IMG/VR virus record: IMGVR_UViG_638341089_000007
Reading direction: 5' to 3' (one strand)
From: a virus
Taxonomy: Monodnaviria; Loebvirae; Hofneiviricota; Faserviricetes; Tubulavirales; Inoviridae
DNA: 13,148 nucleotides
The translations under genes and the position numbers were made by a program. This document shows, piece after piece, positions 6,905 through 13,148 of this stretch (the stretch's first letter is position 1; every line of letters begins with the position of its first letter). The notes beneath the pieces were generated by a model. That model had not been told where the DNA came from and searched no databases. It worked only from the letters and a program-made list of their open reading frames with translations.

Positions 6905-7147
6905 ATGAAAATTCTGTCTACTGTTAAATATAAAGTTGCTCTGGCTTCAACTGCGCTTTTTGTTTCTGCAAGTTCTTTTGCGGCTGAAGGCGCTACAGGT
7001 GGTACTGATTATGCAGGTCAGGCAATGGATGCTTTGTTGACTCAGGCAAATGATCTCATTGGTAAAGTATGGCCTGTTGTTGTGGCTGTGGTTGGCGCTG
7101 GGCTTGCCATTCGTATTTTCAAAAAATTCTCTTCAAAAGCGGTTTGA
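6905..7147 (+). CDS. gVIII: Major coat protein pVIII precursor, 80 aa (signal peptide plus ~54-aa mature protein)
   Basis: GGAG Shine-Dalgarno 8 nt before ATG 6905; signal peptide [26 protein letters not shown], mature AEGATGG...[25 protein letters not shown]; the C-terminus matches M13 (KLFKKFTSKAS) and the IKe coat protein as I recall it. Confidence 0.85.
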   Translation: MKILSTVKYKVALASTALFVSASSFAAEGATGGTDYAGQAMDALLTQANDLIGKVWPVVVAVVGAGLAIRIFKKFSSKAV

Positions 7148-7155
7148 ATTTCACT

Positions 7156-7180
7156 CAGGGGCACTCGTTGCCCCTTTATT
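7156..7180 (+). terminator. Rho-independent terminator immediately after gVIII
   Basis: Stem GGGGCA (7157-7162) / TGCCCC (7168-7173), 5-nt loop, followed by TTTATT; Ff phages have a strong terminator at this position. Confidence 0.6.
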
Positions 7181-7193
7181 AAAGCGGGTTACT

Positions 7194-8474
7194 ATGAAAA
7201 GGAAAATATTAATTCTTTCCGCTGTCCTCATTTCTCCTTTTTCACATGCTGAGTCATGGGAAAGCATTACTAAATCCACTTATCAAAGCTCTGCCTACGC
7301 TGAAAGTAAGCAAATAACCAATCAGGATGGCTCTAAGTCAACGGTTTACTATATTGATGCTGCTATGCAGGCCTCCGCTTGTCAGGGTGCTAAATCCAGT
7401 GCTCAGAGTGTATTTACTCAGGTTAAACCAACTTATGAGGGTATCTGGCCTGATTCTGAATTCCGTCTTGTTTTTACTGGTGATTGTACTTACAGCGATT
7501 CACCAGGGCAGAAGGATAAATATTGGTCTTTAACGGCTTATATTGTTGGTGATATTCAGCGTTCTGTTCCTGATGAAAAACCTACTGACCCGACACCAGA
7601 AGAAATTTGTGAAGCGAAGCCGCCAGAAGAAGGTGTATTTAATAATGTTGATTCATATGATGGTGGTCGTTATATCTACTATAACGGCTGTGAATATGAG
7701 GCTACTGGTGTCATTGTTTGTCAGGGTGATGGTACTGTTTGCGCTGCAACATGGAAGCCTACAGGTACTGTAGCTGACCCCTCTGATAAACCCTCAACCC
7801 CCCAAAATGGTGGTGGTGAGTCTGGCGGTGGTGAGTCTGGCGGTGGTGAGTCCGGTGGCGGTAGTTCTGGCGGTGGTGAGTCCGGTGGCGGTAGTTCTGG
7901 CGGTGGTGAGTCCGGTGGCGGTAGTTCTGGCGGTGGCTTTAGTGGTTCCAGTCTTTCTAAAGGTGATATTCAGTCTGCTATCGAAGGTGCTTCACCCAAA
8001 ATAGCCAGCGATATTCATGATAAATTAACGGAGAAAGACACTTCATCAGATGATAAAAAAAATGCCGATGAACAAACTAGGAATAATATAAATCGTCTTG
8101 ACGATTCCATTAACAATCTTACGCGGGGGGCTGGCCGTTTTGCTGACCCTTCAGGTGGTGATTCTCGTTATGGAAAGGGCGACTCTGAATTAGATGGCGC
8201 TTCTACTTTGGCTGATTCTGAATTGGGAATTGAAAAGGATTCTCACGGTGCTTTATGGGAAGCATTTTTAAATAAAGGTGCTATGCTGCCTAATTTACCC
8301 AATGGTAACGGCTGCTCTGATTTTATTATTTTTCCCGGAGAGGTTTATCAGATTGATATTGGTTGCGATAAATTACTGACTATTAAAGATGTTCTTTCAT
8401 GGGTTTTTTATTGCCTTACGTTCTGGTATGTCTTTACTTCTTTAACTTCATTGCTTCGCAAAGGGGGTGAGTGA
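7194..8474 (+). CDS. gIII: Minor coat / adsorption protein pIII, 426 aa, with Gly-rich ([10 protein letters not shown]) linker
   Basis: ATG 7194 gives signal peptide [19 protein letters not shown]; Cys-rich N-terminal domains; linker [30 protein letters not shown]...; hydrophobic C-terminal anchor; the ORF-track start at 7050 is an extension overlapping gVIII. Confidence 0.85.
   Translation: MKRKILILSAVLISPFSHAESWESITKSTYQSSAYAESKQITNQDGSKSTVYYIDAAMQASACQGAKSSAQSVFTQVKPTYEGIWPDSEFRLVFTGDCTYSDSPGQKDKYWSLTAYIVGDIQRSVPDEKPTDPTPEEICEAKPPEEGVFNNVDSYDGGRYIYYNGCEYEATGVIVCQGDGTVCAATWKPTGTVADPSDKPSTPQNGGGESGGGESGGGESGGGSSGGGESGGGSSGGGESGGGSSGGGFSGSSLSKGDIQSAIEGASPKIASDIHDKLTEKDTSSDDKKNADEQTRNNINRLDDSINNLTRGAGRFADPSGGDSRYGKGDSELDGASTLADSELGIEKDSHGALWEAFLNKGAMLPNLPNGNGCSDFIIFPGEVYQIDIGCDKLLTIKDVLSWVFYCLTFWYVFTSLTSLLRKGGE
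7808..7937 (+). repeat. Tandem 15-bp and 30-bp repeats within gIII encoding the Gly-rich linker
   Basis: Two copies of (c/t)ggtggtgagtctgg (7811-7840) then three perfect copies of cggtggtgagtccggtggcggtagttctgg (7841-7930). Confidence 0.8.
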
Positions 8475-8815
8475 TGCCTTTATTATTAGGTATTCCTGCA
8501 TTGTTGCGTTTTCTTATTGGTCTTGTTCCTTTGTTTATTGGCTATGTGGCGAGTTTTTTAGCTCGACTTGCTACCAGAACAGGATTAATCGCCTTTGCAT
8601 TGGTCGCATTAATTACAACAACTGTTACGCTTTTAATGCAGTACCTTGCTGAGGTCATGTATAACGGTTTACCTGCTGATTTCTCCCATTTAATGGCGTC
8701 TGTATTGCCTGACCATTTTCAGGCGTGTGTTAACGTTATTATGGTTACTCGTATCAGTGTTTTTGTTTTCGATTTAAAACAAAAATTTCTTGATTATGCA
8801 AACAGGGTGATTTAA
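8474..8815 (+). CDS. gVI: Minor coat protein pVI, 113 aa
   Basis: ATG 8474 overlaps the gIII stop (TGATG); [16 protein letters not shown]... aligns with M13 pVI (MPVLLGIPLLLRFLGF...) and ends ...FVFDLKQK like M13 ...FIFDVKQK. Confidence 0.85.
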   Translation: MPLLLGIPALLRFLIGLVPLFIGYVASFLARLATRTGLIAFALVALITTTVTLLMQYLAEVMYNGLPADFSHLMASVLPDHFQACVNVIMVTRISVFVFDLKQKFLDYANRVI

Positions 8816-9910
8816 ATGGCGGTTCATGTAGTAACAGGCAAATTAGGCTCAGGCAAGACACTTGTTAGTGTTTCCAGAATACAGGAAAGACTTGCTAAGG
8901 GTTGTCCTGTTGCCACTAATCTTGATCTTAAATTGCATAATATGCCTATGGTTGGGCGTTATGCGAAAAAAACGCGCGTTATTCGCATTCCTGACAAGCC
9001 TTCATTAAATGATTTACTTGCTATTGGTATTGGGAATACATCTTACGATGAATCCCGTAATGGCCTCCTTGTACTTGATGAATGTGGTACTTGGTTTAAT
9101 TCCCGCTCATGGGGTGATAAAGACAGACAACCTGTTATTGACTGGTTTTTACATGCCAGAAAATTAGGCTGGGATATTATATTTTTGATTCAGGATATTT
9201 CGATAATGGATAAGCAAGCTCGTCTGGCGCTTGCTGAGCATGTTGTTTATTGTCGCCGTTCAGATAAATTAAACATTCCTTTTGTTGGCTCCATTATGAA
9301 TTTGGTTTCAGGGGCGCGATTTTCTTTACCAAAGGTACACTTTGGCATTGTCAAATATGGTGATAACGTTAATTCAATTACTGTTGATAAATGGATATAC
9401 ACCGGAAAATCATTATATTCCGCCTACAATACAAAACAGGTTTTTACTGATAACTATCCGCATGGTGCTTATTCGCTTTTGCCACCATTTATCACGCACG
9501 GTCAATTTTCTGTTCACAGAGGATTTAATTATTATATGCGCCTCACGAAAATTTATTTTCGCAAATCGAACCGTCTTATATTAATGCTTTCTTTTTTGGC
9601 GCTGGGGCTTGCGCTTGGTTTCTGGCTCCAGTCTGGAAAGAATGTTGATGAAATCTCCGCTATTAAATCTGCTTATGCTGAACAGGCGAGGGCGGTAACG
9701 CCTGATTCGTCCAGTGACTTACCCCGACTTTCTATTAATTCTTTTTCACAACTTGGCTTTGACGTTTCCGTTACGTTTGTTGATGCAAAAGGTACGAAAT
9801 ATCAGTATTTTGATTTGATTAAAGATGGTTATTCCGTTGATATTAAAGATGCCTGTCGTGTTGTTATTAGAAAAGGCCGTTATTTACAGACTGTTATCTG
9901 TCAGGAGTAA
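8816..9910 (+). CDS. gI: Assembly ATPase pI (Zot-like), 364 aa
   Basis: Walker A GKLGSGKT; long stretches match M13 pI as recalled (MAVxxVTGKLGSGKTLVSV..., LLVLDECGTWFN, QPxIDWFLHARKLGWDIIFL, LAEHVVYCRR); single C-terminal TM helix. Confidence 0.9.
   Translation: MAVHVVTGKLGSGKTLVSVSRIQERLAKGCPVATNLDLKLHNMPMVGRYAKKTRVIRIPDKPSLNDLLAIGIGNTSYDESRNGLLVLDECGTWFNSRSWGDKDRQPVIDWFLHARKLGWDIIFLIQDISIMDKQARLALAEHVVYCRRSDKLNIPFVGSIMNLVSGARFSLPKVHFGIVKYGDNVNSITVDKWIYTGKSLYSAYNTKQVFTDNYPHGAYSLLPPFITHGQFSVHRGFNYYMRLTKIYFRKSNRLILMLSFLALGLALGFWLQSGKNVDEISAIKSAYAEQARAVTPDSSSDLPRLSINSFSQLGFDVSVTFVDAKGTKYQYFDLIKDGYSVDIKDACRVVIRKGRYLQTVICQE
9536..9910 (+). CDS. gXI: Putative pXI, in-frame internal start within gI at Met241, 124 aa
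   Basis: Internal ATG at 9536 (MRLTKIYFRKSNRLILMLSFLALG...) corresponds to the M13 pXI start (MKLTKIYLKKFSRVLCLAIGF...) at the same residue number; inferred by homology. Confidence 0.45.
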   Translation: MRLTKIYFRKSNRLILMLSFLALGLALGFWLQSGKNVDEISAIKSAYAEQARAVTPDSSSDLPRLSINSFSQLGFDVSVTFVDAKGTKYQYFDLIKDGYSVDIKDACRVVIRKGRYLQTVICQE

Positions 9911-9917
9911 TATTATT

Positions 9918-11183
9918 ATGCGCTCTGTTATTGTTGCTTTTTTATTTGCCTGTTCATTCTGCGTTTCTGCTGAAACTGTTAATTTAAACAATTCATCTGT
10001 TCGCTCATTTGTTCAGTGGTATTCTTCAAAAACTGGCAAGCCTGTTATTGTTAATCCTGATATTAAAGGAAACGTAACCGTATTTAATGCTGATGTTAAT
10101 CCAACAAATATTGATGATTTCTTTAAGTCTGTTCTGAATGCTAACGGTTTTGTCATGCTTTCTGGCAATCCTGCGGTAGTCTCTTTGCCGTCTAAATTAC
10201 CTTCACAGATGGTTTCGGATTCCGATGATTCTGATAACCAGTCTTATGATACTTTTCCTTCTGAGCCATCTTACCAGCCAGTACCTGTGGCGCTTACGGT
10301 CAGAAATTTTAAGCTGACAAAAGTTAGATCGTCCGATGTTCAGCAACTGATTAAAATTTATCTTGATTCTAATGGTGGTGGTAATGTCGTGGATTATCCA
10401 GGCAATAACTCGCTGATTGTTTCTGCGCCTGACGAGCTGCTGCCGGTTCTGTCCGATTTTATCAATTCTGTGGATGTTGCCCGCGATCAGGTTCTCATTC
10501 AGTCGCTGATGTTTGAAACCAGCTTGTCTGATGGCGTTGATTTATCGTTTGCGGCAGGTTCTGCATCCGGTCATAAGGTTGCGGGGGGCTTTAATACTTC
10601 TGCACTGGGTAGCGCTCTTTCTACGGCGGGCGGTTCTTTTGGTATTTTTGATGGTAACGTGTTGGCGCTGTCTCTGCGTGCTGTCCAGAGTAATTCACGC
10701 TCTAAGGTGATTTCAACGCCGCGTATTCTTACTCAGTCTGGTCAGACTGGTTACATTTCCGTAGGTAAGAATGTGCCGTTTATCACCGGAAAGGTAACGG
10801 GCGAATCTGCCGGGGTAAATAATCCGTTTCAGACTATCGAGCGTCATGATGTTGGCGTTTCTCTCAAGGTAACGCCTGTTGTCATGGGTAACGGGCAACT
10901 AGTTCTGACTATCGACACTCGCGCTGATTCAATCAGCAATGATGATCAGGCATCCGATATTATTACTAATCAGCGCCAGATTCAGACGACAGTCCAGATT
11001 AAGGATGGTCAGACGTTGTTATTGGGGGGGCTTATCGATTCATCGTTTAGCAATGCTGAGCGTTCAGTTCCAGTTATAAGTAAAATTCCTCTTATAGGCT
11101 GGATTTTCAGTAGCAAGGCAGACAGCAATGAACAGCGTATTATGTATATTTTGCTTACAGCACATATCATTCGTCCACTTTGA
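9918..11183 (+). CDS. gIV: Secretin pIV (outer-membrane export channel), 421 aa
   Basis: AGGAG Shine-Dalgarno before ATG 9918; signal peptide MRSVIVAFLFACSFCVSA; motifs shared with M13 pIV as recalled (VPFITGxVTGESAxVNNPFQTIER, DGQTLLLGGL, SKIPLIGxxFSS); the ORF-track start at 9825 is an extension overlapping gI. Confidence 0.9.
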   Translation: MRSVIVAFLFACSFCVSAETVNLNNSSVRSFVQWYSSKTGKPVIVNPDIKGNVTVFNADVNPTNIDDFFKSVLNANGFVMLSGNPAVVSLPSKLPSQMVSDSDDSDNQSYDTFPSEPSYQPVPVALTVRNFKLTKVRSSDVQQLIKIYLDSNGGGNVVDYPGNNSLIVSAPDELLPVLSDFINSVDVARDQVLIQSLMFETSLSDGVDLSFAAGSASGHKVAGGFNTSALGSALSTAGGSFGIFDGNVLALSLRAVQSNSRSKVISTPRILTQSGQTGYISVGKNVPFITGKVTGESAGVNNPFQTIERHDVGVSLKVTPVVMGNGQLVLTIDTRADSISNDDQASDIITNQRQIQTTVQIKDGQTLLLGGLIDSSFSNAERSVPVISKIPLIGWIFSSKADSNEQRIMYILLTAHIIRPL

Positions 11184-11224
11184 TGGATAGCGGGTAGGTG
11201 CGTGAGCCCTGCTCGCTATCCATC
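11182..11224 (+). other. Long hairpin immediately after gIV; candidate packaging signal and/or gIV terminator
   Basis: GATGGATAGCG (11182-11192) / CGCTATCCATC (11214-11224), 11-bp perfect stem with further pairing inside the 21-nt loop; no T-tract follows. In Ff phages the packaging-signal hairpin sits right after gIV. Confidence 0.4.
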
Positions 11225-11252
11225 AAATGGACATTATTGATTGGGGTAACTA

Positions 11253-11561
11253 ATGGATTCTTATGGGATTTTATCTGCTCTGGCAGAACGAACGATTACA
11301 GCGGAAGAAGCAAAAACAATGACACTTGCAGCCAGAAGTTCTTCGGCTCAGGTAAATGAAGCATCACTTGCTCTGTTACTGATTGATAATACTCTGGATG
11401 CGATCAAAGCAGCTGCCAGTGAAGGGAAAGGATACACTTTACTTCCTTCTTATGAGATTTCTTTAAAAGCCATTGATTTAGCAGAAGAATTTTTAAGGAA
11501 ACAATGCGGCTATGTTATTGATAACCAGAATGGCGTAAGGACGGTCTATTGGTTTATATGA
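11253..11561 (+). CDS. Hypothetical 102-aa protein (predicted helical), non-core prophage gene
   Basis: ORF-track ORF between gIV and the dif-like site; no family recognised. Confidence 0.5.
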   Translation: MDSYGILSALAERTITAEEAKTMTLAARSSSAQVNEASLALLLIDNTLDAIKAAASEGKGYTLLPSYEISLKAIDLAEEFLRKQCGYVIDNQNGVRTVYWFI

Positions 11562-11562
11562 T

Positions 11563-11607
11563 AACCCCGGACAGTGACAAAACTTGCTTTTGTTAGTGTC
11601 CGGGGTT
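11563..11607 (+). other. Imperfect long hairpin after the 102-aa ORF; candidate terminator or ssDNA origin-like structure
   Basis: AACCCCGGACA (11563-11573) / TGTCCGGGGTT (11597-11607) with inner pairing ACAAAA/TTTTGT; a T7 run follows only about 20 nt downstream (11628-11634). Confidence 0.35.
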
Positions 11608-11678
11608 GGCCAAGCCGAACAATTCTGTTTTTTTAGCGTTATTGCTGATTCGGCGCGGCAGCATTACGAGGAGATAAA

Positions 11679-11912
11679 ATGCAATTTTTCACATCCAGCG
11701 ATACTGTAATGTTATGTGCGAAGACCTGCGATCGCTGTGGTCGCCATGCGAAGACGGTGGTAGATGACATTGAGTTCAATGAGTTTCTGTCTGTTAATCA
11801 CTTAGCTGGATACGGTTCAATTTTTGGTGACAGTAATCGCTTAAAACTGGATTTATGCCAACATTGCCTGAAAGACGTCCTGGGCCAGTGGATTACGGTC
11901 TGTGACCAATGA
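11679..11912 (+). CDS. Hypothetical 77-aa protein with two Cys pairs (Zn-ribbon-like), non-core prophage gene
   Basis: Strong Shine-Dalgarno GAGGAG 5 nt before ATG 11679; CDRC (aa 17-20) and CQHC (aa 60-63) suggest a zinc ribbon; no family recognised. Confidence 0.55.
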   Translation: MQFFTSSDTVMLCAKTCDRCGRHAKTVVDDIEFNEFLSVNHLAGYGSIFGDSNRLKLDLCQHCLKDVLGQWITVCDQ

Positions 11913-11950
11913 CGGCACCGGTAACGCCAGTTCCCACCATCCTTACCATT

Positions 11951-11983
11951 GGTGCGCATAATGTACGACTCGTTATGTTGAAA
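11951..11983 (+). other. Second dif-like site (attP-type junction between tandem units)
   Basis: Same 33-bp GGTGCGCATAATGTACGACTCGTTATGTTGAAA as at 3652-3684, but with phage sequence rather than host sequence upstream. Confidence 0.75.
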
Positions 11984-12021
11984 AGGCCGCTGCGAAAATA
12001 GAATCCCGCAGCGGCCTCTTT
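11984..12021 (-). terminator. Second copy of the GC-rich hairpin terminator
   Basis: Same AGGCCGCTGCG...CGCAGCGGCCT sequence as 3685-3722, shifted by 8299 bp. Confidence 0.45.
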
Positions 12022-12047
12022 AGCATAACGTCATTGTGCGAACCAAT

Positions 12048-12752
12048 TCATAATGCTGCGGGAGCCACGTAATAGACAATCACAAATACAGCTAATGCTC
12101 CACCTGCTCTTACCCAGTTTGATATTTTGACTTCTATAAACCCGGGTATAAATGAGACTACCCCAGCAACTGCTGCTGAAAGAATTATTCGAAAGAAAGT
12201 GTATTGAAAGTTCGTTGGATTAGGTATAAATATTGCGATTATTATAAAAAGAATAACAAGTAAAATGCCAAAGCTAAATGCCGCTATTCTCTCGTGTGCT
12301 TTTGTCAATTTTTCTTTTCCTTTATTGTCAAATCCATATACTGGCATATCTTCATTAACGAAAAGATTCCTTATTTCTTTTGCAGAACGTTTGTCATGGG
12401 CTTTTACTATCCTTTGCATTGAAGCAAAAGCAGTGGAGCTTGGTTTAATACTATTATCATTCATTACCTCTCTATATTTTTTGTAATGAGCTAAGATAAG
12501 GTGAAGAACATCAATGCATGTTTCTGCAAGCCATTGATTCCATTGAGTATTATTTAATTCATCTACTGTTCTGTTATGTGCAGCGCAGTGTTCTAAATAG
12601 CCGAAAAAACTGTCTCCACATGAATTCACGGTATCAAAATCACATTTACCAGATAGGTAACACTCTAATGACTCAGTATATTTTTCATATAAACGCTCAA
12701 TTTCTTTTTTTTGATTATCAATGATACCGTGAACATCCATATCTGATTTCAC
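12048..12752 (-). CDS. Second copy of the hypothetical 234-aa membrane-anchored protein
   Basis: ORF-track protein identical to 3749-4453. Confidence 0.65.
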   Translation of the reverse strand: MKSDMDVHGIIDNQKKEIERLYEKYTESLECYLSGKCDFDTVNSCGDSFFGYLEHCAAHNRTVDELNNTQWNQWLAETCIDVLHLILAHYKKYREVMNDNSIKPSSTAFASMQRIVKAHDKRSAKEIRNLFVNEDMPVYGFDNKGKEKLTKAHERIAAFSFGILLVILFIIIAIFIPNPTNFQYTFFRIILSAAVAGVVSFIPGFIEVKISNWVRAGGALAVFVIVYYVAPAAL

Positions 12753-13027
12753 TATCTTTTTTGTTGAGTGTTATTTGACTGGGATTGAATTTTTGCCAAT
12801 AGCGAACTTGCTTTCGATGTATTCAATCCATTACAAATCATTCTTGTAATCGGTTTTTTGTAAATTCGATGAACGATATTTTCAACTTCAGTGATGCTTT
12901 CATTGCCACTGAGTTTTTTTATCTCATTGAACATCTCCTCCAATTGTTCATTTGTTGGATGCCATTTGATTATATCTAATTCTTCCTCTAATGCTTTTTT
13001 AAAAAGGAAAACCTGAAAAGATAACAT
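12752..13027 (-). CDS. Second copy of the hypothetical 91-aa protein
   Basis: ORF-track protein identical to 4453-4728. Confidence 0.6.
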   Translation of the reverse strand: MLSFQVFLFKKALEEELDIIKWHPTNEQLEEMFNEIKKLSGNESITEVENIVHRIYKKPITRMICNGLNTSKASSLLAKIQSQSNNTQQKR

Positions 13028-13028
13028 A

Positions 13029-13148
13029 TTACTTTCCTTGTGTTGGTTTAGTAGTGGATTGTTGAGCTTTTTCTAAAAGCCTTTTTGCTTTAGATGTGTC
13101 CAAACCATCTTGGGCAAAGCCTTGTTGCTTATCATTCTGTTTTTGTTC
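13029..13148 (-). CDS. Second copy of the small ORF (3' part only; start lies beyond the window)
   Basis: Corresponds to 4730-4849 of copy 1; truncated by the window edge. Confidence 0.4.
   Translation of the reverse strand, partial: EQKQNDKQQGFAQDGLDTSKAKRLLEKAQQSTTKPTQGK

Larger units (their letters stand above)
3652..11950 (+). mobile_element. Filamentous (Ff/IKe-like inovirus) prophage, copy 1, 8299 bp, integrated at dif
   Basis: Canonical inovirus gene order gII-gV-gVIII-gIII-gVI-gI-gIV with M13/IKe-like proteins; bounded by identical dif-like sites at 3652 and 11951; no integrase present, consistent with XerCD-mediated integration. Confidence 0.85.
11951..13148 (+). mobile_element. 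Start of a second tandem prophage unit (or satellite element sharing the same module), truncated by the window end
   Basis: 11949-13148 repeats 3650-4849 at a constant offset of 8299 bp; encoded proteins are identical in the ORF track. Confidence 0.75.

Noticed and set aside
7807-8004. 65-aa ORF (VVSLAVVS repeats) and the thought of a CRISPR-like array in the repetitive stretch
   Set aside because: It is the out-of-frame reading of the tandem repeats inside gIII; the repeats are contiguous without spacers and encode the Gly-rich linker, so it is neither a gene nor a CRISPR array.
5310-10898. Nested or antisense ORFs inside phage core genes (5310-5603, 5332-5595, 5777-5983, 7327-7533, 7543-7773, 9342-9584, 10513-10710, 10713-10898)
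   Set aside because: Embedded in gII, gIII, gI or gIV, whose reading frames have clear homology; treated as spurious.
11628-11678. Candidate promoter for the 77-aa ORF (TTGCTG near 11642)
   Set aside because: No acceptable -10 hexamer at appropriate spacing was found by eye; not reported as a feature.

Overview
This window appears to be the Escherichia coli replication-terminus neighbourhood yneE - tam - hipB - hipA - dif, with a filamentous (Ff/IKe-like, Inoviridae) prophage integrated at dif about 78 bp downstream of hipA. Host part (1-3651): yneE (+), tam (-), the hipBA toxin-antitoxin operon (+) with its four TATCC-N8-GGATA HipB operators directly visible. tam lies next to hipB, so the lsr/yneO block that separates them in K-12 is absent. 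Phage part (3652 onward): a canonical inovirus core on the + strand (gII, gV, small gVII/gIX-like ORFs, gVIII, gIII, gVI, gI with internal gXI, gIV secretin), followed by two small non-core ORFs (102 aa, 77 aa Zn-ribbon-like). On the - strand sits an AT-rich four-gene accessory operon (60-aa RHH-like regulator, two small proteins with paralogous C-terminal tails, and a 234-aa protein with C-terminal transmembrane helices) that I cannot match to any known family; this is the best candidate for an undescribed system. The unit length is 8299 bp: 3650-4849 is repeated at 11949-13148 (window end), so the prophage is a tandem array, or is followed by a satellite element sharing the same module. Each unit starts with a dif-like site (GGTGCGCATAA-TGTACGACTCG-TTATGTTGAAA). 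Protein homologies are from memory of M13/IKe sequences, not database searches.
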